This document shows positions 19,036 to 29,071 of a DNA stretch of 64,000 nucleotides, in pieces. The notes under the pieces were generated by a model that saw only the letters and a program-made list of their open reading frames with translations, searched no databases and had not been told where the DNA came from. How positions within the stretch are numbered: the first letter of the stretch is position 1; each line of letters starts with the position of its first letter. Both the position numbers and the translations under genes were made by a program. Source of the stretch: a virus; the IMG/VR virus record IMGVR_UViG_3300042691_032331, positions 31,133 through 95,132 of that record; one strand, written 5' to 3'.

Positions 19036-20736
19036 TTAACCTTGTTTGTTAATATATTCTTCCAAAGCAGTTTGCTCTGCTTGAGTTAATAAGTCCAAAT
19101 CGTATTCACCTGTTGCAATTTTGTCAACTAAAAATTGTAGATAGTTGTCAGTTAGATAACCGTCTGTATTTGATCTGTTTATCTCAATCCAGCGTGAGCC
19201 GTTGTATTTAAAAACACGATTTGGGATAGCATCAACTCTGACAAATTTGTCTCCAGTTCTTGAATCGTTAGGAAATTCTGTACCAAAATTAGTCCTAGTA
19301 GCACGTTCTTCGTCCTCCTGTAAAAAGAGTTCAGGGTTAAAACTTCTCAACACATCTATATGCATTGATTTACCTTGATACTCTACATAGTCACCATCTG
19401 ATTTTTTATATGGTAATTCTTTTTTTAATTTTTTTTCTTCAGGGAATGTAGGGCCTGTTTGAATCCATTCCCCTGTTGTAGGGTCTTTAACTCCTTCAAA
19501 CGGTGGGCTATCATCATCCGCTTTGGGAGATTCTGGTACATCACTTTTGGGATCGTCTACCTCAGTTAATTCTTCCTGCTCAACTACTTGATTAGTATCA
19601 TCCTTCTCAATTGCACTTGTAATGCCTTTGAGAATACCACTTCCTTCTTCTTTATATAAGTTAACACTATCTGCAACATCACATTGTTTGTTAGGACAGA
19701 ATGGTCCAATACCTGTTGCATCGATTAACTTTGTACCACATTTAGGACAATCACCTAAGTTTTCTTCAACTTTTTCTGTTACTGGTTCTTCAGTAACAAT
19801 TTCTGATATAGCACTATTTGCCTGTTCCGCACGTTGCTTTTCTTCTTGTGCGTCAAGTGCTTGTGCAACTAATATACCTTTTTCAAAAAATTCTTCAACT
19901 TCCTTATTATCATCCAAACTTGTACTTGGTACATGCATTACATCTTCATCGTTTTCAAGTAACTTTTTACGAATACGATCTTCACGTACCCATTCCATTT
20001 GTTTATTACCAGCAAGTATTAAACACAATGCTAACGGATCGAATACCACAACAATAAGTATAATAACCCAACGTACAGCACGTTCAAGAACATTTTGGTC
20101 GGGATTGTCGCCGTATAATAAAGCAGCAATATATTTGATTGGTCCAACTTCAGCCTCCACCTTTCTAAATTCTGCTGCAAGTGGAGCACGTTCCTCTTGT
20201 AACTTTTGAATTTCTTTTTGAGATTTATTAATTTGTGCCTGTAATTCTGCACGTTCTTTTGCTTGATTCTTACGAATACTTACAGCACGTTCAGCACCAC
20301 GTTCTGTATCACTACGTCCGAGCATTTGATCAACTTGTGAATTCATTTGCTCAATTGCTTTTTTGGCTTGTGCAATATTTTCTTTTTCTGTATTAATCTT
20401 TTCATCAAAGATTGCAACCTTACTCATTGCATCGCCACTTACTAAACTTTGATCACTGTGTGCTTTTGACAAGAAACCAAAGATGCCCATGCTAGTTAAT
20501 AGCATAAGAAATACAATAGCAGGAACAAGATATGATTTATATATCCAATTAATCCTCTTCCAATTATTGTGTAACCAAACAGTAGCAACAACTTTACCTA
20601 ACTCAAGTGTTGCTCCCATAATAATAACAGGAAGAACAGCCGCTGCAAAAATTGCTGTAAGACCTGCTATTGAATAATAAGCGGCGACAGCACTAAGCAT
20701 TAGTGCTGTACCTAAAATAATAAATGCGAATACCAT
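19036..20736 (-). CDS. Membrane protein with coiled coil, zinc ribbon and acidic C-terminal region
   Basis: N-terminal TM helices, EAEVGPIKY, FDPLA and CPKC...CPNKQC; CATAAATA box at 20744-20751. Confidence 0.7.
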   Translation of the reverse strand: MVFAFIILGTALMLSAVAAYYSIAGLTAIFAAAVLPVIIMGATLELGKVVATVWLHNNWKRINWIYKSYLVPAIVFLMLLTSMGIFGFLSKAHSDQSLVSGDAMSKVAIFDEKINTEKENIAQAKKAIEQMNSQVDQMLGRSDTERGAERAVSIRKNQAKERAELQAQINKSQKEIQKLQEERAPLAAEFRKVEAEVGPIKYIAALLYGDNPDQNVLERAVRWVIILIVVVFDPLALCLILAGNKQMEWVREDRIRKKLLENDEDVMHVPSTSLDDNKEVEEFFEKGILVAQALDAQEEKQRAEQANSAISEIVTEEPVTEKVEENLGDCPKCGTKLIDATGIGPFCPNKQCDVADSVNLYKEEGSGILKGITSAIEKDDTNQVVEQEELTEVDDPKSDVPESPKADDDSPPFEGVKDPTTGEWIQTGPTFPEEKKLKKELPYKKSDGDYVEYQGKSMHIDVLRSFNPELFLQEDEERATRTNFGTEFPNDSRTGDKFVRVDAIPNRVFKYNGSRWIEINRSNTDGYLTDNYLQFLVDKIATGEYDLDLLTQAEQTALEEYINKQG

Positions 20737-20746
20737 AGTCTAATAT

Positions 20747-20950
20747 TTATGATTCGAACAAATGTCCATATGTGTTATTAAATTCAGTTAACGTCATTGT
20801 TAACTTCCTTGGTATGGTTCTAAGACCATACGTATGATAAGTAACGAAAGGTTGATTTAACCCATCTATTTCCTTCATTTTGATTTGCATGACTTCTAAT
20901 GTCATTCCATCTTCAAAGACATGCTTTCTGCCAACTAAACTTGTATCCAT
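20747..20950 (-). CDS. Hypothetical protein
   Basis: TAATG-coupled ORF. Confidence 0.5.
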   Translation of the reverse strand: MDTSLVGRKHVFEDGMTLEVMQIKMKEIDGLNQPFVTYHTYGLRTIPRKLTMTLTEFNNTYGHLFES

Positions 20951-22212
20951 TATTTTATATCGTAAACTTTATAATCGCTATACTTGCCCCAGTAATCGCC
21001 GCCGCCGTTTTCTATTTCATCGTCACCGTAGTATACTTTGCAAATATAATCATTACCTTCGTAATCTATGCCTTCAAAGCGTAGTTTCTTAGGATCGAAT
21101 TCACCTTCAAATTCGCCATCAAACCAACCACCTTTACCATATTGATTCCAAACTACAACAGGTCCTTTATCTTTTAAATCAAAATTGATATAGAATTCTT
21201 CTCCTGTATCTATTGCTTCATAGTAACTATCTTCATCACCATGTACAATATTTAGGTAATCATACAGTCCACCTTCATAGATTGTTTGATCATCTTTACT
21301 AATGATGATCCATGCATCAGATTCTACACCCCATATGAATTTAATGTCATCATACTCATTATAATATTCGTATAGTTTGCATTCTTCTGGAGTGCCATTT
21401 TCTTCATAGTCGAAACTATCGTTTAATGCTTCTCCTAATTCTTCTTCACGGTCTACCCAATAATCAAATTGTTCTTTAGTAATTGAGCCAACACCAGCGT
21501 CAAGTGTTCTGCCTCTAATTTCAATTTTGTATTTACCAGTTGGATACATTTTCTCTAATGTATATGTTTTAGTTTCTTCCACAATAGGTTGGCTTTCAAT
21601 TAATTCTTCGTATTCATCACGTAATTTTTTTAATGCGATATTAAGGTCTTCGTCGTTTGCATCAGGTAAATTTTCTTCTTCTACCTCTGCTACTTGACTT
21701 ACACCATATTTTTCATTATATCGTGCAGTTGCTTCTTGTCTTTTTCTTTCATCCTCTATACCTGCTTCGGTTAATTCAATATCACTTTCACAGTATGGAC
21801 ATATCTTTTTAGGTTCTTTGTCGGCTTGTTCATTATCTTCAGGCCAATGCCATTCAGCATCATAACTTTGACCAGTCCATTTACATTTTGTGCATTTATG
21901 TGTAGGTGGTGGAGGAGGAGGTTCATTATGCCAACTATTCTCATCACCTAATTCATAGGTAATATCATATCCACCCTTACGTGATGTCCAACAGTCACTA
22001 TATTGATGTTCCCAGTCAAGGTCAACATCATTATCCCATGCGTCATTGATAACATCTTCGACTTCAACTTCACCATCTTCAATTTGCTTTAGTAAGTTGG
22101 TGATTTCATCTTCACTATAATCTGGATAGATTTCACTTAACAAACTTTCATCAAGTTCAATTGCGAATTGTTCATCTACTTGATGCCATTCATGTTTAAC
22201 GATTGTGACCAT
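20950..22212 (-). CDS. Acidic multidomain protein with a central zinc ribbon
   Basis: Poly-Pro linker, CTKC...CPYC, very D/E-rich. Confidence 0.65.
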   Translation of the reverse strand: MVTIVKHEWHQVDEQFAIELDESLLSEIYPDYSEDEITNLLKQIEDGEVEVEDVINDAWDNDVDLDWEHQYSDCWTSRKGGYDITYELGDENSWHNEPPPPPPTHKCTKCKWTGQSYDAEWHWPEDNEQADKEPKKICPYCESDIELTEAGIEDERKRQEATARYNEKYGVSQVAEVEEENLPDANDEDLNIALKKLRDEYEELIESQPIVEETKTYTLEKMYPTGKYKIEIRGRTLDAGVGSITKEQFDYWVDREEELGEALNDSFDYEENGTPEECKLYEYYNEYDDIKFIWGVESDAWIIISKDDQTIYEGGLYDYLNIVHGDEDSYYEAIDTGEEFYINFDLKDKGPVVVWNQYGKGGWFDGEFEGEFDPKKLRFEGIDYEGNDYICKVYYGDDEIENGGGDYWGKYSDYKVYDIK

Positions 22213-22282
22213 GTAATCTCCGTGTTCAAATAATCATATAGTATATGATTTTTAATTTTATTAATAGTAAATAGGTAAAAGA

Positions 22283-22582
22283 TTATCTTTTTAGTATGTC
22301 CCAAGCTAATCCATGCCATCGTTCAAAGTCAATTATTTTTCCTAATCCTGTATATTTGTCTTTTATTTCCCACCATTCACCTTGACTATCTTTATAGACT
22401 ACACGGTATGAATACCCATATGCTGACAATATTACAGCACGAACATTCTCTGCATCATTGGTAACCGATATTAAACCATCTTCATCTTCTATGTAAACAA
22501 TTAGGTTATGTCGGTCTAACCCCACAATGTTCCAAGAACTTTTTGTTATAAACATACCGTTAATCGATCTACTTGTCGTCAC
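22283..22582 (-). CDS. Conserved phage hypothetical protein
   Basis: SVTNDAENV...YKDSQGEW. Confidence 0.55.
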   Translation of the reverse strand: MTTSRSINGMFITKSSWNIVGLDRHNLIVYIEDEDGLISVTNDAENVRAVILSAYGYSYRVVYKDSQGEWWEIKDKYTGLGKIIDFERWHGLAWDILKR

Positions 22583-23915
22583 GGAATCTCACGAACCTTG
22601 GGAAACGCAATGAATAACTACCATCTTGATTTTGTGAAACTGCATCACATAATACTTCTGCTGTCCTACCAACGATTAGATTTGAATTGTTCCAATAGTC
22701 GGTTCTATCTTCATCACTAAAGCCACTACCAACATTAACAGAAATAAATTTACCATCATCGGTGCCCTCACATACTAACGCACCTAGTCTACCCTCATTG
22801 CGACCTGTACCTTCTTCAAGACTAACTACAGTAAGGTCAACAGTAATAGTAGGCTTCCACTTCATCCAAAATGTATTACGTTTACATTCGTATGGAGCAC
22901 CAAGTTCTTTAATCATAATGCCTTCAAAGCCTTGATTAACCATATCTTTAGCATAACGATTTAGTTGATCACGACCTTCAGCAATATCAAGATTAACTTC
23001 AATATGTGGCAACAATTCTACATTGGGCATTTTATCAATTGTTGGTCGCATATCTAGTAATATGTCTATGCGTTTGTGTAGTTGTGCATTCCAATAACCT
23101 CTACGAAAATCTTCTAGAGGCAAAATATCAAATACATTGAATACACTATCTTCGGCTTGTACATTTTCTTTGCGACGAGCCTGACGCATTAATTCTTGAA
23201 AACTATTGCCAATGACTTCACCGTCTAGTACGAAACCATTTATGAAACCACCGCCCCAAGTATTACGAATACTTCTTACAAGTGAGGTAAAATTTTGTTT
23301 TATTTGTTCTTCAATGTGAGTGAAGTTTTCAAATTGTTTACCATTACGACTGAAACTAATGACAGTTACATTACCATCATCACTGGGTATGACCATCATT
23401 AAAACACGAACACCATCTAGTTTGGGTTCAAGGCGCTTAGTACCTACCATTTCAGGACGGTTCTCACTGTTAGTTGCTAGTTGACAACCGAATGTAGGTA
23501 TTTCGTAATCAGTGCCTTTGCAAATTTTATTAATTGTTTTATCACTGATACCAGCACGAAGGTCTCTACGCAATACAGGAGCAAGGAATGTATTCCATTC
23601 ATCACTATTAAAACGCTTACTTAATGTCTCAATAGCATCACGTGCTGCATGTCCTGTCAATCTACGCTGACATAGTTGAATCATAAGTTCATTAAAATCT
23701 TCCCAAGGATTCTCTGCATCTGTAATACCTTGAGTAGTTGGTATTTGCTTAACACCAAATGTCACATAAGGATTATAACAAGCTTTTACAAAGCCTAAAA
23801 ATATTTGACTGTTTATACTTCCAAGTGTAGCTGCCTCAAGTGCCTGAAGAATAACATCTTCTTTGTGAAGGCGACTGTCACTTTCGTTTAGTTTATTAAT
23901 CCAACTCGCACTCAT
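22569..23915 (-). CDS. ATP-dependent DNA ligase
   Basis: EPKLDGVR (adenylated Lys), LDGE, FDIL, EGIMIK, WMKWK and LRFPRF motifs. Confidence 0.95.
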   Translation of the reverse strand: MSASWINKLNESDSRLHKEDVILQALEAATLGSINSQIFLGFVKACYNPYVTFGVKQIPTTQGITDAENPWEDFNELMIQLCQRRLTGHAARDAIETLSKRFNSDEWNTFLAPVLRRDLRAGISDKTINKICKGTDYEIPTFGCQLATNSENRPEMVGTKRLEPKLDGVRVLMMVIPSDDGNVTVISFSRNGKQFENFTHIEEQIKQNFTSLVRSIRNTWGGGFINGFVLDGEVIGNSFQELMRQARRKENVQAEDSVFNVFDILPLEDFRRGYWNAQLHKRIDILLDMRPTIDKMPNVELLPHIEVNLDIAEGRDQLNRYAKDMVNQGFEGIMIKELGAPYECKRNTFWMKWKPTITVDLTVVSLEEGTGRNEGRLGALVCEGTDDGKFISVNVGSGFSDEDRTDYWNNSNLIVGRTAEVLCDAVSQNQDGSYSLRFPRFVRFRDDK

Positions 23916-24232
23916 TGTACAGTTTCACTTTCTTTAAGAGTTTCAAATATGGTTAGTTTAGAAATTTCTTCCATTGAATCATCAAGTTTGCTGATAGCTT
24001 GTTCTAAATCTTTTTTAGCCTTGTCCAATACTTCTCTACGCATGTTGCGAACATATTGGCTAGTGGTGACCATTTTTTGAATGTTTAGTTCACTATTGAC
24101 CTCAGCCATTTTCATATCAAAGCCGTGTTCATAGCGTGACCTAAAACCATTCAATAGTGCGATCTCCTCTAATGTAGTTTCTACTAGAACACGCTCTTTG
24201 TCAATTTTAGCAATAACTTTCATAATTACCAA
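23912..24232 (-). CDS. Hypothetical coiled-coil protein
   Basis: Coupled ORF. Confidence 0.5.
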   Translation of the reverse strand: MVIMKVIAKIDKERVLVETTLEEIALLNGFRSRYEHGFDMKMAEVNSELNIQKMVTTSQYVRNMRREVLDKAKKDLEQAISKLDDSMEEISKLTIFETLKESETVQ

Positions 24233-24645
24233 CTTGAATTATAAAATACTTTTTGTCCTAAAAAAACCCTAGATTTTGCTTCATATACAAATGCAAGGTC
24301 TTGACGGTAATAATAATCACATGAATCGCTACCAAAAAAGAATCCTTCAGTTGCAGGCAGATTTTTATTTTTTATGTCATTTTCTAATCTAACAAGATCA
24401 TCGAATGTTAATTCAAGTTCGATGCCATTAAATGCACCTTCGTTGACATGACCTTCTACACCAGGACAACCTTTTTCATGCCAAAGATTTTCCATCCAAC
24501 CTTGTAGATTGGGATGCTTACGCCAGTATGCTAGTTCGGTAGTAGAATCATATGCTTCTTTATTACCATGCTCATACTTTTCTTCGAGATATTCATCCCT
24601 AGCGCCAGACTTACTTGCTGCGTATGCGTATTGATCAAGTCCCAT
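24226..24645 (-). CDS. Conserved phage hypothetical protein
   Basis: MGLDQY...YWRKHPNL...GFFFG...FYNSSW. Confidence 0.7.
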   Translation of the reverse strand: MGLDQYAYAASKSGARDEYLEEKYEHGNKEAYDSTTELAYWRKHPNLQGWMENLWHEKGCPGVEGHVNEGAFNGIELELTFDDLVRLENDIKNKNLPATEGFFFGSDSCDYYYRQDLAFVYEAKSRVFLGQKVFYNSSW

Positions 24646-24781
24646 TATTTCGCCACCTTTTCTGCTTGAGTTTTAGTAACATCCACTGCTTTGTCAAGAA
24701 CCTTTGCTACACCTGCAAAGCCAATTGTAGAAACTATAATACCAAAAATTGTACCTACTATAAAATTTTGCATTTTATCAC

Positions 24782-25408
24782 CTATACAAATTTAACACGA
24801 TTTAATTGGGTACTGTCTACTGTATGTTTTTTGACTGTACCTTTTACAGTTACCTTACTACCAATTTCAATACTAGCTGCATATGAAAAGAAAACTACCT
24901 GATCCTCGGGGGTAATAGCAGTAATAAAATACACTCCATAATTTTGTGAATATATGCATTTTAAAACTTCAACGGATACTGTAACACGATCTTTTATTGC
25001 ACCAATATTACCACCTCGGGCAAAATTTATTTTTGTATCTGCATCTTTTCTTTGCATGGCTCGTTCATAAACAGAGGGTAATGATGCAATAATTGAAATA
25101 TCGTAATTACATGTGGCTGTTTCTTTGTTGCTAATTTCTGTAGCAACTCGTTCGAACGGAGAAATTTCAACGCCTTTTACAATTTTGAAAGTAAGGTGTT
25201 GCTGAAAGTATTGTCGAATTTTACGACCTGCTTCCATTTCTGAATCAGTGAAAGGAATAACGTCAGTCAACATTGACATTACTAATGTACGGTTAGCAGA
25301 TACACCTGGAGGTTCTTGTGTAATTTTTATGTATCTTTTGTTAATATTCTGTGCGATAACGGCAGCAGCAAAAGCGTTGTCAATATTGAAATTAAATTTA
25401 TCTTTCAT
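24782..25408 (-). CDS. Early protein with a C-terminal OB-fold-like domain
   Basis: VTVKGTVKKH...TQLNRVK; GAGG SD before MKDKF. Confidence 0.55.
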   Translation of the reverse strand: MKDKFNFNIDNAFAAAVIAQNINKRYIKITQEPPGVSANRTLVMSMLTDVIPFTDSEMEAGRKIRQYFQQHLTFKIVKGVEISPFERVATEISNKETATCNYDISIIASLPSVYERAMQRKDADTKINFARGGNIGAIKDRVTVSVEVLKCIYSQNYGVYFITAITPEDQVVFFSYAASIEIGSKVTVKGTVKKHTVDSTQLNRVKFV

Positions 25409-25435
25409 ATTATCCTCACTGTTCACTATACCGAT

Positions 25436-25464
25436 ATTATAGCAAAGTTTGGATTATTTGTCAA
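25436..25464 (-). promoter_or_regulatory. Early sigma70 promoter TTGACA-N17-TATAAT
   Basis: Perfect consensus in the intergenic gap. Confidence 0.85.
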
Positions 25465-25478
25465 ATGTTTACATTTTG

Positions 25479-25670
25479 CTAACTAATTTCAAAATGGTCT
25501 TTGATTTTGGCTATGCAGTCATCTGCACCTGCAATATCAACTTCATCACATAACCTAATGCATTCTTTTATGATTATATCTGCTAGAAATTCCATACGAT
25601 GCTGACAATCATTAGTAATGTGTTTATGAAGACCATGCTTAATCATTAATGTTTTAACTTGTTCATTCAT
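25479..25670 (-). CDS. Small 'FAELIVxEC' family protein
   Basis: MNEQVK...FLADIIIKEC...IKDHFEI. Confidence 0.55.
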   Translation of the reverse strand: MNEQVKTLMIKHGLHKHITNDCQHRMEFLADIIIKECIRLCDEVDIAGADDCIAKIKDHFEIS

Positions 25671-25966
25671 TATATTTTTACACCAAATTTATTTTTTATA
25701 GCCATAGATAATATCATAGCAGTTTGACTAGTACCATCAGGCATTGCATAATCATCACATATTCCTGCACACTCTAACACAATCAACTCAGCGAACCGTT
25801 GATTGAAAATATCATAGAAAATTACCTTATCTGCCTTTTCAGTTTCCAAACGCTTATAGTAAATTACATTTGATTCTTCATGCGCTTGATTTGCTAATTT
25901 AGCAATTAGAGTTGTATGATTTATATGATATCTGCCAGTCATTGGTCGATTCCAGGCATCATACAT
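25670..25966 (-). CDS. Small 'FAELIVxEC' family protein
   Basis: RFAELIVLEC...IKNKFGVK. Confidence 0.55.
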   Translation of the reverse strand: MYDAWNRPMTGRYHINHTTLIAKLANQAHEESNVIYYKRLETEKADKVIFYDIFNQRFAELIVLECAGICDDYAMPDGTSQTAMILSMAIKNKFGVKI

Positions 25967-26053
25967 TCTTCAACATATGCTTTAGCGACTTGGAATGCTA
26001 CAACCAAGGCTGCTAAAGGCATAAGCGTCCACGCAATAATCGATACAATTAGT

Positions 26054-26349
26054 TTCATTCTTCAACTCCGAAATGTTTTAGAATCTGCTCTGCAATAATC
26101 AATTCATCACCGCAGAAATCAAACTTATCCTCAACAAACTGAGAACATTCCCGGATGATCAACTCAGCGAACTTTTCACAAAATCCATCTGATATAATTT
26201 CAATACCAGCATCCTTTGCATCTTTTCCAAGTTTGTCCATAAGATATAACGGAGTAGTGTGCGTGGCTGGCGGTAGAGTTTTTTGATAAACTACAGCAGC
26301 CTCTTTAGCAAGTTCTTTAATTCGTTCGTTCATTCTTCAACTCCGAAAT
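26054..26349. repeat. 21-bp direct repeat at 26054-26074 and 26329-26349
   Basis: ttcattcttcaactccgaaat, encoding FGVEE-stop plus the next ATG. Confidence 0.85.
26055..26333 (-). CDS. Small 'FAELIVxEC' family protein
   Basis: MNERIKELA...EKFAELIIREC...HFGVEE. Confidence 0.65.
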   Translation of the reverse strand: MNERIKELAKEAAVVYQKTLPPATHTTPLYLMDKLGKDAKDAGIEIISDGFCEKFAELIIRECSQFVEDKFDFCGDELIIAEQILKHFGVEE

Positions 26350-26548
26350 CTTTCTTTATAGCATCTCGTACTTGCTGTGCTGTTCCATCAATCGTAGCAT
26401 AAGCATCACACCATTCCATGCATTCCTTAACAATCAACTCGGCGAACTTTTCCAACTCATCATAGCCCATTGTGACACCGGGTTTACTGCCCATCTTAAA
26501 ACATTCTACTCGGGCCTGTTCGGCAAGTTTTTGAAATCGTTCGTTCAT
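26330..26548 (-). CDS. Small 'FAELIVxEC' family protein
   Basis: MNERFQKLA...EKFAELIVKEC...FGVEE. Confidence 0.65.
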   Translation of the reverse strand: MNERFQKLAEQARVECFKMGSKPGVTMGYDELEKFAELIVKECMEWCDAYATIDGTAQQVRDAIKKDFGVEE

Positions 26549-26769
26549 TGCTTACGCTCTTTAAAACATTTTAGACAAACTGCCCGATGATTTGGACCAT
26601 CTACTGTGGATATTGTTGCGTTACATTTATGACATAGTATGAATGCCCTAGTAGTAACTCTGCCAGGCTTCACTGCATATATAGGATACAAATATCCATC
26701 ATCGCCATCTGTATACCCAATGAGGTCAGTTCTATCATATATGTTCAAATCTTCCAAGTTCTTATTCAT
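26545..26769 (-). CDS. Small zinc-finger protein
   Basis: CHKC...CLKC. Confidence 0.55.
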   Translation of the reverse strand: MNKNLEDLNIYDRTDLIGYTDGDDGYLYPIYAVKPGRVTTRAFILCHKCNATISTVDGPNHRAVCLKCFKERKQ

Positions 26770-26990
26770 TTTTTACTTTTAGGGAACTTTGTGCACCACA
26801 TACATTTTTCACTTTTCTTACCATAAAAATATAAGCCAGTGTCGGGAAACTTTTTATTACATGCTTTGCATGTAAACAGTTTCATTTCAACATCAACTTC
26901 TTCTTTAACAACTTTTTTAGTTGTTTTCTTCGCTGCCGGCTTTTTTGTTAATGTAGTTTTCTTTGGTAAGGGCATGTAATCTATCCGCAC
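26766..26990 (-). CDS. Small basic zinc-finger protein
   Basis: Lys-rich N-terminus, CKAC...CMWC. Confidence 0.55.
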   Translation of the reverse strand: MRIDYMPLPKKTTLTKKPAAKKTTKKVVKEEVDVEMKLFTCKACNKKFPDTGLYFYGKKSEKCMWCTKFPKSKK

Positions 26991-27244
26991 AATTTCTTAA
27001 ATCTTCGCTAAGGTTACCCTTACCGATATTATCTTCAATAAGTCTGGCGATGTTATGTAATTCTAACACCGCCATATCTAGTTCAAAAGTTATCATTGAA
27101 ATTCCGTCATATCAAGCATATCTGCTTCAAGACAAGCATCGTGGTAATTTGTAGCATCCAAAACTACAAGTTCACCATCTGCAAATTGTGCAACATAAGA
27201 ATTATAATCTTCATCAAATTTAATGTCAATGATAAAATTATCCA

Positions 27245-27421
27245 TTACAAACTCCTTATATAGTTGATAATATCTTTGGCTTGCTGCATATCGCTATAAC
27301 CCACAGCCTCGTCAATCATATTGAGTTGTGTTTCATGCAATTCTTTTAATGTCTCATCGATTGCTTTACGCTTCTTAAAAGCACTATATGTAACATTGTA
27401 TTTGATTTCTTTTGGATACAT
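27245..27421 (-). CDS. Small hypothetical protein (58 aa, not in the ORF track)
   Basis: Hand-translated MYPKEIKYNV...IINYIRSL; fills the gap in the gene run. Confidence 0.45.
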   Translation of the reverse strand: MYPKEIKYNVTYSAFKKRKAIDETLKELHETQLNMIDEAVGYSDMQQAKDIINYIRSL

Positions 27422-27422
27422 A

Positions 27423-27566
27423 TTAATCTTTCTTGCCCTTTTCAGGCATCATTGTACTTGTGTATTCTGCTGTACGCTGAATATCTCTGCCCATACCTGC
27501 TATTGTATTACAAGCACACAAAGTAAGTGTAAGTAAAAAAGAAATAATAATTTTATAATTAATCAT
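27423..27566 (-). CDS. Entericidin EcnA/B-like small lipoprotein
   Basis: LTLCACNTIAGMGRDIQ matches the entericidin pattern; start reassigned to MINYK. Confidence 0.7.
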   Translation of the reverse strand: MINYKIIISFLLTLTLCACNTIAGMGRDIQRTAEYTSTMMPEKGKKD

Positions 27567-27807
27567 AACTTTTTTTATCTCCATATTCTTCATTATGTTT
27601 ATATCCTGCATAATATTCTTCACGCTCATTAGCAGTTAGGTCTACTATCTTTTGTCCTCGACCAGTACCTTCGGGGTACCAATGTGGACTTGGTGGACGA
27701 CGATAATAACTATCAGCACTACCTCTATCATAGAGACTACCATGCCGACTACGATCAAACTGCGGCAGACCTTTTAGTATAGGAAAAATACGATCTTTAG
27801 TGTCCAT
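27559..27807 (-). CDS. Conserved phage hypothetical protein
   Basis: HGSLYDRGSADSYYRR motif. Confidence 0.65.
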   Translation of the reverse strand: MDTKDRIFPILKGLPQFDRSRHGSLYDRGSADSYYRRPPSPHWYPEGTGRGQKIVDLTANEREEYYAGYKHNEEYGDKKSYD

Positions 27808-27809
27808 AA

Positions 27810-28013
27810 TTACCTCGTTAACATTTTTACAAGATGGTTGTGAATGATATCCATTTCTTCAGGTTCTACATAAAAGTCAGTCAATGGATCGTAATACTGA
27901 CCTTGTTTTATATCGTAATAAAGAACACGACCATCGCTGAAATAAAAAGGTCCTTCAAGCCCTTTGCGAGGTTTGTATTTGTTGTCACGCTCACCTAGAA
28001 CTTTGTAACCCAT
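27810..28013 (-). CDS. Conserved phage hypothetical protein
   Basis: RKGLEGPF...LYYDxKxGxYYDPxTD. Confidence 0.65.
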   Translation of the reverse strand: MGYKVLGERDNKYKPRKGLEGPFYFSDGRVLYYDIKQGQYYDPLTDFYVEPEEMDIIHNHLVKMLTR

Positions 28014-28243
28014 TATACTTCTCCTACAATATTAGCTGCTGCCTCTTTTGCAAGTTTTGCAATAGCCTCGCCTGCTGCTTCGCGGGCACTTGTATGCGCC
28101 CAATCATTGCTAAGACTATTGAAACCACGATATACTTCCCACTTACCATCTACTACCCATTCAACAACAATATCAGATGCATGGGTCATAGGGTCACCAA
28201 GGTGTACAATTCGTACTTTACCAAAATCGTGTGCTACTCTCAT
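28013..28243 (-). CDS. Hypothetical protein
   Basis: AAGGAG SD before MRVAH; start reassigned. Confidence 0.55.
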   Translation of the reverse strand: MRVAHDFGKVRIVHLGDPMTHASDIVVEWVVDGKWEVYRGFNSLSNDWAHTSAREAAGEAIAKLAKEAAANIVGEV

Positions 28244-28253
28244 AGAGTTCTCC

Positions 28254-28526
28254 TTAAGAATTTTTAAGTATATCAAAAAGTTTATATTTTTCTACAATAG
28301 GTTTCAATATATTATATCGCCAAATAGCAATTGTGTCAATCTGTTTAACTATTAAATTATGAAAATCTTCCCGAAACCAAAAAGGATTAAGATAAGCAAT
28401 TACTATTGCGGGAACAAAGTATAGAGTTGCAGTAATTGTAATGACCCAATAGATAGTTGAAAACTTAATTCTATCTGACATTTTGGGATTTACTTCATTT
28501 AGTGTTTTCACAAACTTGGTCCCCAA
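28254..28526 (-). CDS. Small membrane protein
   Basis: One TM helix followed by NPFWFR. Confidence 0.5.
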   Translation of the reverse strand: MGTKFVKTLNEVNPKMSDRIKFSTIYWVITITATLYFVPAIVIAYLNPFWFREDFHNLIVKQIDTIAIWRYNILKPIVEKYKLFDILKNS

Positions 28527-28777
28527 TATTGATTTTGTAATAAATTTGCAGTATCTTCATCATACAACCAAGTCAATGCACAGAATATAGAGTCAGAAAC
28601 ACCGTACCACTGCCGATATTTTTTGTACATTGCAACAAATATGTTGTAATCACCACGTTTGTAGGTATAATCCTCAGCACGTTTTAAAAATTCCATCTTA
28701 TCCATATTACATGCTCCAAAACGATTCTGAACTCGGTGAGCAAAAACCTGGAGTATCATAACGCTCCTGATACTCAT
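28508..28777 (-). CDS. Hypothetical protein (start probably at MDKMEF)
   Basis: ORF in the early gene run. Confidence 0.45.
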   Translation of the reverse strand: MSIRSVMILQVFAHRVQNRFGACNMDKMEFLKRAEDYTYKRGDYNIFVAMYKKYRQWYGVSDSIFCALTWLYDEDTANLLQNQYWGPSL

Positions 28778-29006
28778 AACCTGACATAAGATTCTTTCGA
28801 GTTACAAAAGTTTCAAACACCTCAACAACATAACCTGCATCTCTAAAACCTTTTGCAACTACCTGAATAAAATCTTTAGTAGATAGATCAAAATCCATAA
28901 CTTCAATAAAACGCAGACCTACTTTATTGCGACCGTAACGCTCGTCTTTTTTGATGCGCTTGTCTTTTTTGTACAGTTCGATAGTGTATGCTGTAAGCTT
29001 AGACAT
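28707..29006 (-). CDS. Conserved early phage protein
   Basis: RKNLMSG...DTPGFCSPSSESFWSM; AAGGAG SD. Confidence 0.65.
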   Translation of the reverse strand: MSKLTAYTIELYKKDKRIKKDERYGRNKVGLRFIEVMDFDLSTKDFIQVVAKGFRDAGYVVEVFETFVTRKNLMSGYEYQERYDTPGFCSPSSESFWSM

Positions 29007-29036
29007 TTATTGCTCCTTGTTATTGACTATACCGAT

Positions 29037-29065
29037 AGTATATCAAATTTCGGATTTATTGTCAA
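29037..29065 (-). promoter_or_regulatory. Early sigma70 promoter TTGACA-N17-TATACT
   Basis: Shares 21-bp and 25-bp identical blocks with the promoter/leader at 8928-8989. Confidence 0.8.
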
Positions 29066-29071
29066 CCAAAA

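Noticed and set aside
14556-20209. Long plus-strand ORFs inside dnaK, clpX, the lipoprotein and the membrane protein genes
   Set aside because: Fully antisense to well-supported genes, with no motifs or SD. The same applies to the other antisense ORFs in the track.
7046-26349. Short direct repeats as a CRISPR array
   Set aside because: Only two copies each, inside coding ends of paralogs; no regular spacers and no cas genes.
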